Part shown: in pieces, positions 20,819 through 29,378 of the stretch
Numbering within the stretch: position 1 is the first letter of the stretch
Layout of the letters: every line of letters begins with the position of its first letter
Source: Vicinamibacterales bacterium
GTDB lineage: Bacteria > Acidobacteriota > Vicinamibacteria > Vicinamibacterales > JAKQTR01
NCBI GenBank assembly: GCA_025456345.1
Contig: JALOKU010000009.1
Span: 19,255-83,254 of the forward strand
Reading direction: 5' to 3'
DNA: 64,000 nucleotides
Translations under genes and position numbers: made by a program
The notes under the pieces: model-generated
Told to the model about the DNA's origin: nothing
Databases searched by the model: none
What the model saw: only the letters and a program-made list of their open reading frames with translations

Positions 20819-22042
20819 ATGATGCGACTGTTGATGATCCTCCGCGTCGCGCTCAAAGCGCTCAACCGCAACAAGATGCGCACGGTGCTGACCATGCTGG
20901 GCATGATCATCGGCGTGGCCGCGGTCATCGCGATGGTGGCGCTCGGCAAGGGCGCCCAGTCGTCGATCGAAGCCCAGATCAAGTCCGCCGGCACGAACAT
21001 CATCAACGTGATGTCCGGGAACTTCATGTCGATGGGCGTGCGTCAGGGATCTGGCGCCTCGAACACCCTGACGGTCGAGGATGCCGCGGCCATCCGCCAG
21101 ATGATCCCCACGGCGCAGTATGTCGCCCCAGGCGTGAACACGCGGAACCAGGTCATCGCGGGCAACCAGAACTGGCAGACCCGCATCGAGGGCACCGACG
21201 TCGAATTCCCGATGATTCGATCGTGGCCCCTGAAGTACGGGGCGTTCTTCTCCACGCAGGACGTGACCAGTTCGACCAAGGTCGTGGTGATGGGTTCAGT
21301 CGTCGCTACCAACCTGTTCGGCGAAGACGTCGATCCGACCGGCCAGATCGTCCGGATCAAGAACCAGCCTTTCAAGGTCATCGGCGTGATGACGAGCAAG
21401 GGGTCGGGCACCGGGTTCGACGATCAGGACGACAAGGTGTACGTGCCCTACACGACGGCGCAGAAGAAGCTGATGGGCATCCAGCACATCCAGGGCATCA
21501 CGGTCTCCGCGGTCTCGGCCACCGACGTCAAGTTGACGGCCGACGCGATCACGGAACTTCTGCGCACGCGGCACAAGATCATGCCGGGCGACACCGACGA
21601 CTTCATGGTGCGCACGCTCGAGGAGATGGCGGCCATGCGGACCGAGACCACCAAGACGATGACGGCGCTGCTTGCCGGCATCGCAGGCGTCTCGCTGCTG
21701 GTCGGCGGCATCGGGATCATGAACATCATGCTCGTGTCGGTCACCGAGCGGACGCGCGAGATCGGCCTCCGCATGGCCATCGGCGCCCGCGGGTCGGACG
21801 TGCTCATGCAGTTCCTCGTTGAGGCCGTCGTGCTCAGCCTCTTCGGCGGCGGCATCGGCATCGCGCTCGGGTTCGGGATTTCCTGGGGCGTGACGAGGTT
21901 CCTCACCTGGCCGACCACGATCTCTTCGGACGCCGTGGCGCTGGCGTTCGGCTTCTCCGCGATGATCGGCATCTTCTTCGGCTTCTACCCGGCCACGAAG
22001 GCCGCGAAGCTCGACCCCATCGAAGCGCTGCGCTTCGAGTAA
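20819..22042 (+). CDS. ABC transporter permease (MacB type)
   Basis: 'RTVLTMLGMIIGVAAVI', 'GGIGIMNIMLVSVTERTREIG', 'LDPIEALRFE'. Confidence 0.93.
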   Translation: MMRLLMILRVALKALNRNKMRTVLTMLGMIIGVAAVIAMVALGKGAQSSIEAQIKSAGTNIINVMSGNFMSMGVRQGSGASNTLTVEDAAAIRQMIPTAQYVAPGVNTRNQVIAGNQNWQTRIEGTDVEFPMIRSWPLKYGAFFSTQDVTSSTKVVVMGSVVATNLFGEDVDPTGQIVRIKNQPFKVIGVMTSKGSGTGFDDQDDKVYVPYTTAQKKLMGIQHIQGITVSAVSATDVKLTADAITELLRTRHKIMPGDTDDFMVRTLEEMAAMRTETTKTMTALLAGIAGVSLLVGGIGIMNIMLVSVTERTREIGLRMAIGARGSDVLMQFLVEAVVLSLFGGGIGIALGFGISWGVTRFLTWPTTISSDAVALAFGFSAMIGIFFGFYPATKAAKLDPIEALRFE

Positions 22043-22062
22043 CCCGCAACAAGGAGTCCGGT

Positions 22063-22560
22063 ATGACAAGAACGTCCGTGTTGGTTGCCCTCCTCGCCTT
22101 CGTCCTGGCGCTCCCCGCCCTGGCGGTCGCGCAGTCTCCCAACTTCTCCGGGAAGTGGATCCAGGACGTGGAGAAGAGCGATCCGCCACCCCAGGGCATG
22201 GGCGGCGGCGGCGGGCGCGGCCCCGCAGGCCCCCAGAGCTACACCATCGCCCAGACGGCCACCGAGCTGGCCATCGAGCGTGAGACGCCCAACGGGGTGA
22301 TGAAGTCCGTGTTCAAGCTCGACGGCAGCGAGAGCGTCAATGCCGGCGGCCGCGGCGGCGAGATCAAGAGCAAGAGCAAGTGGGACGGCGCGAAACTGGT
22401 CACCACCAGCGTCCAGACCATGAACATGCAGGGGAACGAAGTCACGATCGAATCGACCGAGACCCGCAGCCTCGAGGCTGACGGCACCATGACGGTGGTC
22501 ACCGTCCGAAAGACCCCGAACGGCGAAACCACCCGCAAGCTGGTCTTCAAGAAGGCCTAG
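22063..22560 (+). CDS. Secreted beta-rich hypothetical protein (lipocalin/FABP-like pattern)
   Basis: AAGGAG ribosome-binding site, signal peptide, 'NFSGKW' N-terminal motif and repeated beta-strand pattern. Confidence 0.7.
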   Translation: MTRTSVLVALLAFVLALPALAVAQSPNFSGKWIQDVEKSDPPPQGMGGGGGRGPAGPQSYTIAQTATELAIERETPNGVMKSVFKLDGSESVNAGGRGGEIKSKSKWDGAKLVTTSVQTMNMQGNEVTIESTETRSLEADGTMTVVTVRKTPNGETTRKLVFKKA

Positions 22561-22802
22561 CCGAGCGCCTTCAGATCCGCGTCGAGCGCCGCGAGCGCCC
22601 GCTCCAGTGCATGCCGCTGGGCGGGCGACGCGGCCCTGGACAAATCGGCCGATGTCCGCGCGCGGGCCAGGTTCAGCGTCTGACGACGCTGGAGCCGGGC
22701 GCGCTCGTCGTCGGACAGCGGCCGTCCCTTCCTGTCCTCGCGGCCGCGCGCCGCCTCTTCCTGCTGGTACTCCACCGACTTGCTGTCAAAACCGCGGGCC
22801 AT
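22557..22802 (-). CDS. Small hypothetical helical protein
   Basis: 81 aa, MARGFDSKSVEYQQEEA..., plausible codon pattern, converges on the previous gene. Confidence 0.6.
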   Translation of the reverse strand: MARGFDSKSVEYQQEEAARGREDRKGRPLSDDERARLQRRQTLNLARARTSADLSRAASPAQRHALERALAALDADLKALG

Positions 22803-22816
22803 CGTGTTAATCCATC

Positions 22817-22846
22817 AGGGGCTGGGGTCTAGGGGCTAGGGGCTGG
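22817..22846. repeat. Degenerate heptamer tandem repeat (AGGGGCT) x4
   Basis: AGGGGCT GGGGTCT AGGGGCT AGGGGCT GG, intergenic; same unit as 34001-34064. Confidence 0.8.
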
Positions 22847-22870
22847 TCCGCACGCACATGGCACCTCCGC

Positions 22871-23701
22871 CTAGCCATCGAACGATAACAGCGACGTCAC
22901 CAGATCGGGTCTTCTGTCCCGCAAGAACAACTGTCTCGCGTGGCAGGACAGCAGTTGCGCCAGGTCGAGGTCCGCGTAGACAATGGCTTCGGCCGCCGCA
23001 GGCCCGCGCGCGATGACGCGTCCGGACGGGTCGCAGACGAACGACTCGCCTGCGAAGGTCATCGACGGCTCAGCGCCGACCCGATTCGCCAGGGCCGTAA
23101 AATAGCCATTCTGAAACGCCGCCACCCGGAGTTCGGCCTCATACAGCCCGTCGGGCCACTCCCCCAACATTCCCGCCTGGGGCACGACGACGACATCGGC
23201 CCGCTGCAGGCCAAGGCTGCGCATCACTTCGGGATAGTGCCGGTCGTAGCAGATGGCCACGCCAATCCGTCCCGCGGCCGTGTCGTACACCGGCAGGCCG
23301 CGGTCACCGGGCGTGTAGTAGTCCTGCTCGTAGAAGTGCGGCATCTGCGCGACGTGCAGCATGCGTGTGGTGCCGAGCAGACGGCCGTCGGCGTCAATGA
23401 CCGGCGAGCTGTCGAAGGCACGGTCGCCCTCACGTTCGTACAGGTTCAAGACAATCACGGTGCCCAGTTCGGCGGCCAGCCTGGCGAATGCCTCGGTGGT
23501 CGGTCCGGGCACCGGTTCGGCGAGTTCGAGCGGCGGCGGCCCGCCGCACCGGCGGCACGGGAAGAACGGCGTGAACGCCAATTCGGGAAACGCCACGAGC
23601 GCAGCGCCGCCGGCCGCTGCTTCCCGGACGGCGTCGAGTCCCCGAGCCACGTTGACGGCGTGATTCGCACCCGCCTGATGCTGGATGAGCGCGACGCGCA
23701 T
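22871..23701 (-). CDS. Carbon-nitrogen hydrolase (nitrilase superfamily, N-carbamoylputrescine amidase-like)
   Basis: FPEL (catalytic Glu), ICYDRHYPE (catalytic Cys), NRVG.E...FAGES. The catalytic-Lys position reads RMLH. Confidence 0.85.
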   Translation of the reverse strand: MRVALIQHQAGANHAVNVARGLDAVREAAAGGAALVAFPELAFTPFFPCRRCGGPPPLELAEPVPGPTTEAFARLAAELGTVIVLNLYEREGDRAFDSSPVIDADGRLLGTTRMLHVAQMPHFYEQDYYTPGDRGLPVYDTAAGRIGVAICYDRHYPEVMRSLGLQRADVVVVPQAGMLGEWPDGLYEAELRVAAFQNGYFTALANRVGAEPSMTFAGESFVCDPSGRVIARGPAAAEAIVYADLDLAQLLSCHARQLFLRDRRPDLVTSLLSFDG

Positions 23702-23705
23702 AGGG

Positions 23706-24164
23706 CTACCCCTCACCCAGCGACCGCAACAGCTCGGCCACTGTCCGCCCCGTCACCGGGTCCAGCAGGTCCGGGGCGATCTGGCACAGCGGGGCCAGCA
23801 CGAATCGCCGCCCCCTGAATCTCGGATGGGGAACGGCGAGGCCCGGTTCATCGATGATCGCGGAACCGAAGAGGATGAGGTCAAGGTCGAGAGTACGGGG
23901 GGCGCCAGGATACGGCCGCCGGCGCCCGGCCGCCTGCTCGATGGCCTGCAACAGGGCGAGCAGCGACCGCGGTTCGCCCTCCCAGCCGCCAACCGCGGCG
24001 CCGTTGAGGAACAACGGCTGCTCGCCGACGCCCTCCGGTTGCGTGTCGATGAAGCCTGAGGCCGTGAGGCCGGCCAGGTGCCTGGCGAGCTCGTCGACAG
24101 CGCCATTCAGTGAGGCCACTCGATCCCCCAGGTTGCTGCCAAGGGCGATGGCGGCTCGCACCAT
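23706..24164 (-). CDS. folK: 2-amino-4-hydroxy-6-hydroxymethyldihydropteridine diphosphokinase
   Basis: IALGSNLGD, FLN, PRTLDLDL, PHP...RRFVLAPL. Confidence 0.93.
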   Translation of the reverse strand: MVRAAIALGSNLGDRVASLNGAVDELARHLAGLTASGFIDTQPEGVGEQPLFLNGAAVGGWEGEPRSLLALLQAIEQAAGRRRPYPGAPRTLDLDLILFGSAIIDEPGLAVPHPRFRGRRFVLAPLCQIAPDLLDPVTGRTVAELLRSLGEG

Positions 24165-24168
24165 TCGG

Positions 24169-24657
24169 CTACTCGACCCAGCGCCGCGGGAGGACGCCGC
24201 CGCCGGTGCCAGTGCTTTCGGGCCGCCGGCCGAGGAGGTCGGTACTCCCGACCGCGGCCTGCGCGAAAAACCGCTGGTGCTCGGCGACCTCCCCGAGCAC
24301 GAGTTCCAGCAACTTCCGGTCGCGCGCCTGCGTCATCGCGGCCACGCGAGGCCGCCAGCGGACCAGGAACTCCCCCGCCGTCCGGGCATCGTCATCGGCC
24401 ACCGCCCGCGCCGCGTCTGCGGACCCGCCGCCCGGCAGCGTGACCTCGGTTGCCGCGTCGGCGGCGACACCGCCGGCCTCGACGATCGCACTCCGGAGCC
24501 AGTCGAGGTGGGTGTCCTCGCGCGCCAGCACGTATTGATAGGCGTTGTTGCTGTCGTAGGCCGACACCCGCTCGGCGCCTGCCTGGTGGCGGTAGAAAAG
24601 CGCCGCCTTCTCGCGGAAGAACTCCTGGAGCAGGGCGAGGCTGTCGGTCGGGTTCAC
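24169..24657 (-). CDS. Ferritin-like four-helix-bundle hypothetical protein
   Basis: Two ExxH-type motifs (REDTH, EVAEH); GTG start at 24657 overlaps the dksA stop (GTGA). Confidence 0.65.
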   Translation of the reverse strand: MNPTDSLALLQEFFREKAALFYRHQAGAERVSAYDSNNAYQYVLAREDTHLDWLRSAIVEAGGVAADAATEVTLPGGGSADAARAVADDDARTAGEFLVRWRPRVAAMTQARDRKLLELVLGEVAEHQRFFAQAAVGSTDLLGRRPESTGTGGGVLPRRWVE

Positions 24658-24986
24658 GAGTTCTGTTTCTCTTTGCAGGTGATGCAGACGCGGGTCCAAG
24701 GAATCGCGGTGAGGCGGGCGGCGGAAATCGGTTCGCCGCAATCCCGGCAGATCCCGAAGTTGCCCTTCTCGAGCCGTGCCAGCGCCTCTTCGATGGCCTG
24801 CAGGATCTTGGCGTCGGTCTGCTTCAGCTTGAGCTGGATGTGGACCTCGTTGTTGCCGTCGGCCTGGTCGGCCATGTCGCCCTGCCGGGAGTTGTTCTCC
24901 ATCGTCGCCGCCAGGGGGCGGACCCCGCCGGTGGTGAGGATTTCTGATTTCTTCCGCACGAGGGCTTCGCGGTAATTTTCGGACAT
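24654..24986 (-). CDS. dksA: TraR/DksA family C4 zinc-finger regulator
   Basis: DMADQA coiled-coil tip; CRDC...RLTAIPWTRVCITC. Confidence 0.85.
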   Translation of the reverse strand: MSENYREALVRKKSEILTTGGVRPLAATMENNSRQGDMADQADGNNEVHIQLKLKQTDAKILQAIEEALARLEKGNFGICRDCGEPISAARLTAIPWTRVCITCKEKQNS

Positions 24987-25064
24987 CGCACCTACTCCTG
25001 CGCCATCGGCGACGCGGCGAAGTTCACATCATAACACGTCTAATTTGGGGGCCGGCCCGCGGTG

Positions 25065-27596
25065 CTATTCGGCCCGCAACGTCGCCAGCGGCTTCCGGCG
25101 AAGCACGTCGAGGCTGGCCGTGACGCCGACGGCGGCAACCAGCGCCGAGGCCAGCCCGACGGCCGCCGCGAGTGTGCCGGGGGCGGGTTCCCAGGGCAGG
25201 TCGAGCACGTAGCGGGCGACCGCCCAGGACAGGCCGGACGCGCCAGCTGCCCCGATGACACCCGCCGCCGCCCCGATGAGGCCGTATTCGACCAGCAGCA
25301 TGGCGGCGACGTGGCCGGTAGTCGCCCCGAGCGTCTTCAGGATCGCGGTCTCGTACATGCGCTGAAACCGCGTCATCGAAACCGACCCGATGAGGATCAG
25401 GATGCCGCTGACGAGCACGAGCGTTCCGACGATGGTCACCGCCAGCGAGACCGTGCGCAGCACCCGGGTGATCCCGGCGAGGATCTCGCGCACGTCGATG
25501 ACCGACACGTTCGGGAACCTGGCCGTGAGGTCACGCTGGAATCGCGCTCGAGCCGCCGCGTCGCCTGGCCCTCTCACGGGTGCGACGAACGTGCCCGGCG
25601 CCGACTCGAGCACGCCGGGCCGGAAGACGAACATGAACCCGCCGGCGCGCGCGTCGGCCCAGTCCACCCGGCGTACGTTGGTGACGGTCGCTTCAATCGC
25701 CCGGCCGAGGACGTCGAACCGGATGACGTCCCCGGTCCCGAGCCGCTCACGCTCGGCGAGGCCCTGCTCGACCGAGACCTGCGCGCCGGCGGCAGGCGCG
25801 GCCGGCCAGAACTCTCCCGCCACGAGGCGTTCATTGTCCGCCAGGCCCGCGCGGTACGTGACCACGTACTCCCGGCCAAGCCCGCGTCCCCGGCTGCGGA
25901 CGTCCTCGTAGCTGTCAAGCGCGGTCTCCCTCCCGCGGATCGCCGTGATCCGCGCGCGCAGCACCGGGATCAGCGTCGCCTCGCCCGGCGCGCCGGGCCC
26001 GCGGAGAAACGCGCGAACGCCGTCGGCCTGGTCCGGCTGGACATCGATGAGGAACATGTCCGGCGAGTCCGGCCGCATGCTGACCGCCATCGCCCGCAGC
26101 ACGTCCTCCTGGAGCACGCGCACGCCGACCACGAGGAAGGTTCCAAGTCCCACGGCCAGCAGCACCGGCCGGACCTGGCTCCCGGGCCGTCCGACCCGGC
26201 GCGACGCGTAGCGGATGGCGAGGCGATGGCTCCGCTGCAGGGGCCGCATCGCCCGCACGAGCAGGATGCCCGCGCCCATCAGCACCGCCGACACGCCCGC
26301 GAACCCGGTGGCCAGGATCAGGCCCACACGCCACGACCCGGCCTGCCACGCGGCCATCGCCACCAGCAGGGCCCCGATGACGAACGTCGTGCCGAACCAC
26401 ACGGCGTCGCGCCGGGGCCGCGGAGGCTCCGAGGCCCGCAGCAGGATCGACGGTCGCACGTGCCGCACATCGAGCAGCGGCACCAGGGCAAACAGCAGCG
26501 CGACCAGCAGCCCGATGCCCGCGCCCTGCGCGACAGCGCTGGCGGTCAGCCCTGCGCCCGCCTCGACGCCGGTGGCGGCGGCCACGGCAGGCCGCAGCCA
26601 CGCCACCGCGCCGGCCGCCAGGATCACGCCGATGGCGCTGCCCGTCAGGCCCATCAAGACGACCTGCGCGACGTAGACCGTCAGCACCTGCCTCGTACTG
26701 CCGCCGACGCACTTCAGAACCGCCACGCTGCGGAGCTTCTGCTGGACGAAGACGCGGATCACGCTCCAGACCCCGACCCCGCCGAGCAGCACGATGATGA
26801 GGCCGACCAGGCTGAGGTAGTTCTCGGCCCGCCCGAGTTCACGGCCCAGTTCGTCCTCGGCGGACCGCGACGTCCTCACCGACACGAACCGGCCGCGAAA
26901 CGCCTGCCGCAGGTCGCGCGCCAGCCGCTCGGTGTCAGGGCCGGGCATTCTGAGGAGCATCCGGTGCGTGGCGCGGCTGCCGAGCCCCAGCAACCCGGAG
27001 GCCTTGAGATCTTCGAGGTCGACGATTGCCCGCGTGCCGAAACTGAACGAGCCGACGCGCCGGCCCGGCTCCGCCAGCACCACCCCTCGGATGGTGAACC
27101 GGGCGTCGCCCATGATCACGTCGTCGCCGACCGCGACGTCGAGTTGCGCGAGAAGCTCGGGGCGCACCAGCAGCCCCCGCCGTTCCAGCAGCCGGTGCGT
27201 GTAGCGGCCGCCCCCGTCCAGCTCGACGGTGCCGTACAGCGGGTATTCCGGCTCGACGCCAAGCAGTTCGACGAGGCGTGACGCGGCTTTCGCAGGATCG
27301 GCCGGCCGTACCATCGTCAGCGTCTCGACCTGCTGCGAGGCCGCGGCGGCTTGATACGGCGCGACGAGGCCCCCGATAACGGCCCGCGCCGCATCGTCCC
27401 AGGCGCCGCTCGTGGACAGCGCGAGATCCCCTCCCAGCCGCGTGCGCGCCTCGCTGAGCAGCGCCGCCCGCACGCCCTGAACGACGGACCGGAGGGTGAC
27501 GATTGAGGCGACCCCGATCGACAGGCAGAGGAAGAAGAACAGCAGGCGCCGCCAGGCCCACCGCATCTCCCGCCACGCCATCCGGACGACGAACAT
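25065..27596 (-). CDS. ABC transporter permease (YbbP-like, duplicated FtsX domains)
   Basis: 'MAWREMR..WRR', 'LKCVG', 'FLIDVQPDQ', 'AILKTLGA'; clustered with ybbA and tesA homologs. Confidence 0.87.
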   Translation of the reverse strand: MFVVRMAWREMRWAWRRLLFFFLCLSIGVASIVTLRSVVQGVRAALLSEARTRLGGDLALSTSGAWDDAARAVIGGLVAPYQAAAASQQVETLTMVRPADPAKAASRLVELLGVEPEYPLYGTVELDGGGRYTHRLLERRGLLVRPELLAQLDVAVGDDVIMGDARFTIRGVVLAEPGRRVGSFSFGTRAIVDLEDLKASGLLGLGSRATHRMLLRMPGPDTERLARDLRQAFRGRFVSVRTSRSAEDELGRELGRAENYLSLVGLIIVLLGGVGVWSVIRVFVQQKLRSVAVLKCVGGSTRQVLTVYVAQVVLMGLTGSAIGVILAAGAVAWLRPAVAAATGVEAGAGLTASAVAQGAGIGLLVALLFALVPLLDVRHVRPSILLRASEPPRPRRDAVWFGTTFVIGALLVAMAAWQAGSWRVGLILATGFAGVSAVLMGAGILLVRAMRPLQRSHRLAIRYASRRVGRPGSQVRPVLLAVGLGTFLVVGVRVLQEDVLRAMAVSMRPDSPDMFLIDVQPDQADGVRAFLRGPGAPGEATLIPVLRARITAIRGRETALDSYEDVRSRGRGLGREYVVTYRAGLADNERLVAGEFWPAAPAAGAQVSVEQGLAERERLGTGDVIRFDVLGRAIEATVTNVRRVDWADARAGGFMFVFRPGVLESAPGTFVAPVRGPGDAAARARFQRDLTARFPNVSVIDVREILAGITRVLRTVSLAVTIVGTLVLVSGILILIGSVSMTRFQRMYETAILKTLGATTGHVAAMLLVEYGLIGAAAGVIGAAGASGLSWAVARYVLDLPWEPAPGTLAAAVGLASALVAAVGVTASLDVLRRKPLATLRAE

Positions 27597-27600
27597 GACG

Positions 27601-28269
27601 TCAGGCCCCGGCGGTGTCGACGCGGCCGCCGCGCAGCCGCAGCCGCGCATCGGCCCGCGCCGCGAGCGCCGCGTCGTGGGTGGCGAGCATCAGCGTGGCG
27701 CCGCGCGTCCGCCGGATGTCGAGCAGCAGGTCCATGACGTGCTGCCCGTTGTCGAGGTCGAGGTTGCCCGTCGGCTCGTCGGCCAGCAGGATTGGGGGAT
27801 CGTTCGACAGCGCGCGCGCCAGCGCGACGCGCTGCTGTTCGCCGCCCGACAACTGCGACGGATAGTGGTGCCCGCGGTCGGTCAGGCCCACTTCGGCCAG
27901 CAGCCCGCGCCCCCGGGCGACAGCGTCGTGCCGTCCGGCGAGTTCCATCGGCACGCACACGTTCTCGAGGGCCGTGAGCGACGGAATCAGGTGGAAGAAC
28001 TGGAACACGAACCCAATCGTGGAACGGCGCAGCCGCGCGAGGTCATCTTCGCCCAGGCCCGTGATGTCGCGGCCTGCGATCAGGATGCGGCCCGCGGTGG
28101 GTGCGTCCAGCCCGGCGATCAGGCCGAGCAGCGTCGACTTGCCGCTGCCCGACGGCCCCGTGATCGCGAGGAACTGCGCCGGCGGCACGGTCAGGTCGAG
28201 CGGGTGCAGGATGGTGAGGGGCTGCCCGCCGCTCTCCACGGTCTTGGTCACCTGTCGCAGTTCAATCAT
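27601..28269 (-). CDS. ABC transporter ATP-binding protein (YbbA-like)
   Basis: GPSGSGKS, LSGGEQQRVALARA, ADEPTGNLD. Confidence 0.92.
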   Translation of the reverse strand: MIELRQVTKTVESGGQPLTILHPLDLTVPPAQFLAITGPSGSGKSTLLGLIAGLDAPTAGRILIAGRDITGLGEDDLARLRRSTIGFVFQFFHLIPSLTALENVCVPMELAGRHDAVARGRGLLAEVGLTDRGHHYPSQLSGGEQQRVALARALSNDPPILLADEPTGNLDLDNGQHVMDLLLDIRRTRGATLMLATHDAALAARADARLRLRGGRVDTAGA

Positions 28270-28981
28270 GCGGCGGGGCCTCGCGCAGCGCGCGTTCGAC
28301 GAAGGGCCAGACCAGCGAGGCGATCCGCTTCGCGCCCTCCGCGTTGGGATGAATGAGATCGGCCTGATTCAGCGCGGGCTGGCCCGCCACGCCCTCCAGC
28401 AGAAACGGGACGAGCGCGATGCGGTACTGCGCCGCGAGATCCCGGTAGGTCTGGCGGAACGCCGTCGTATAGGCCCTGCCGAGATTCGGGGGCGCTTCCA
28501 TCCCGGCGAGGACGACGGTCACGCGACGCGCCCGCGCAGCGTCGATGATGGCCGCGAGGTTCCGGCGGAGGTCGTCGGTGCTGAGTCCGCGCAGGGCGTC
28601 GTTGCCACCCAGCGCAACGACCAGCACCGCGACATGGCCGTCAAGCGACCAGTCCAGCCGCCTCAGGCCGCCGGCCGACGTGTCGCCCGACACGCCCGCA
28701 TTCACGACGTCCACGGCGACACCGGCCTCGCGCAGCCGCAGCCGCACGAGGCTCGGGTAGTCCTCTCCCGCGCCGAGACCGTACCCCGCCGTCAGGCTGT
28801 CTCCGAGAAAGACCACGCGCGGCGGTGACGACGGAACGGTCCGGGCGTCCTGGCGCGCCTCCGGTACCCTGGCCGGAGCCGGCTCGCGCGGCGCCTCGCG
28901 CCCGCAGGCCACGGCCATCGCCAGTCCGGCCAGCACGGCGGCGAGCGGCCGCGGAAGGAATCGTCGTCGCATGTGAACCAC
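28262..28981 (-). CDS. GDSL/SGNH arylesterase / acyl-CoA thioesterase I (TesA-like), probable lipoprotein
   Basis: GDSL, NAGVSGDT, GGND, DLIHP; lipobox-like 'AVAC'. Confidence 0.9.
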   Translation of the reverse strand: MVHMRRRFLPRPLAAVLAGLAMAVACGREAPREPAPARVPEARQDARTVPSSPPRVVFLGDSLTAGYGLGAGEDYPSLVRLRLREAGVAVDVVNAGVSGDTSAGGLRRLDWSLDGHVAVLVVALGGNDALRGLSTDDLRRNLAAIIDAARARRVTVVLAGMEAPPNLGRAYTTAFRQTYRDLAAQYRIALVPFLLEGVAGQPALNQADLIHPNAEGAKRIASLVWPFVERALREAPPHD

Positions 28982-29378
28982 GCGGGCTCCATTATCCTAC
29001 GGCGTGCTTCCCGCGTGCTTCCCGCTTCACAAACGCCCGGTCCCGTAGTACTGTTTGCTGGCTGTCGGTGAGCGTCCGGCTCCCGCTGTGGGTGGCCCCC
29101 TTTCTCCCGCCCCCCCATCACCTGCCGCGGCTTCCGAACTTCCGTCCGGCCCTGATTCGCACATCACCGCAGTCCGACCAGCCGGATGTCCTGGCGTGCC
29201 GGTAATCCGGCAGCCGTCTGCATTCCCCGCCGAAAGGGCCTGGAATGCACGTATTTCGAGGCCGTTCCGAAGGGCACGGAGGTTGCGTAAGTCAGAGGGG
29301 TCCGACCAGGCCCGCCCCGGGACACACCGACGGCACTTCCACGGATCTGCCCGGTTTTCAATCGGAGATTGCATACAC

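Noticed and set aside
29153-29166. FNR box upstream of nifJ (TGAT-N6-ATCA)
   Set aside because: The spacer is 6 nt rather than 4, and the flanking bases do not match.
29055-29378. 108-aa N-terminal extension of NifJ in the ORF track
   Set aside because: Family homology starts at MTREHITIDGNEA, which has a GGAGA ribosome-binding site; the upstream part looks non-coding.
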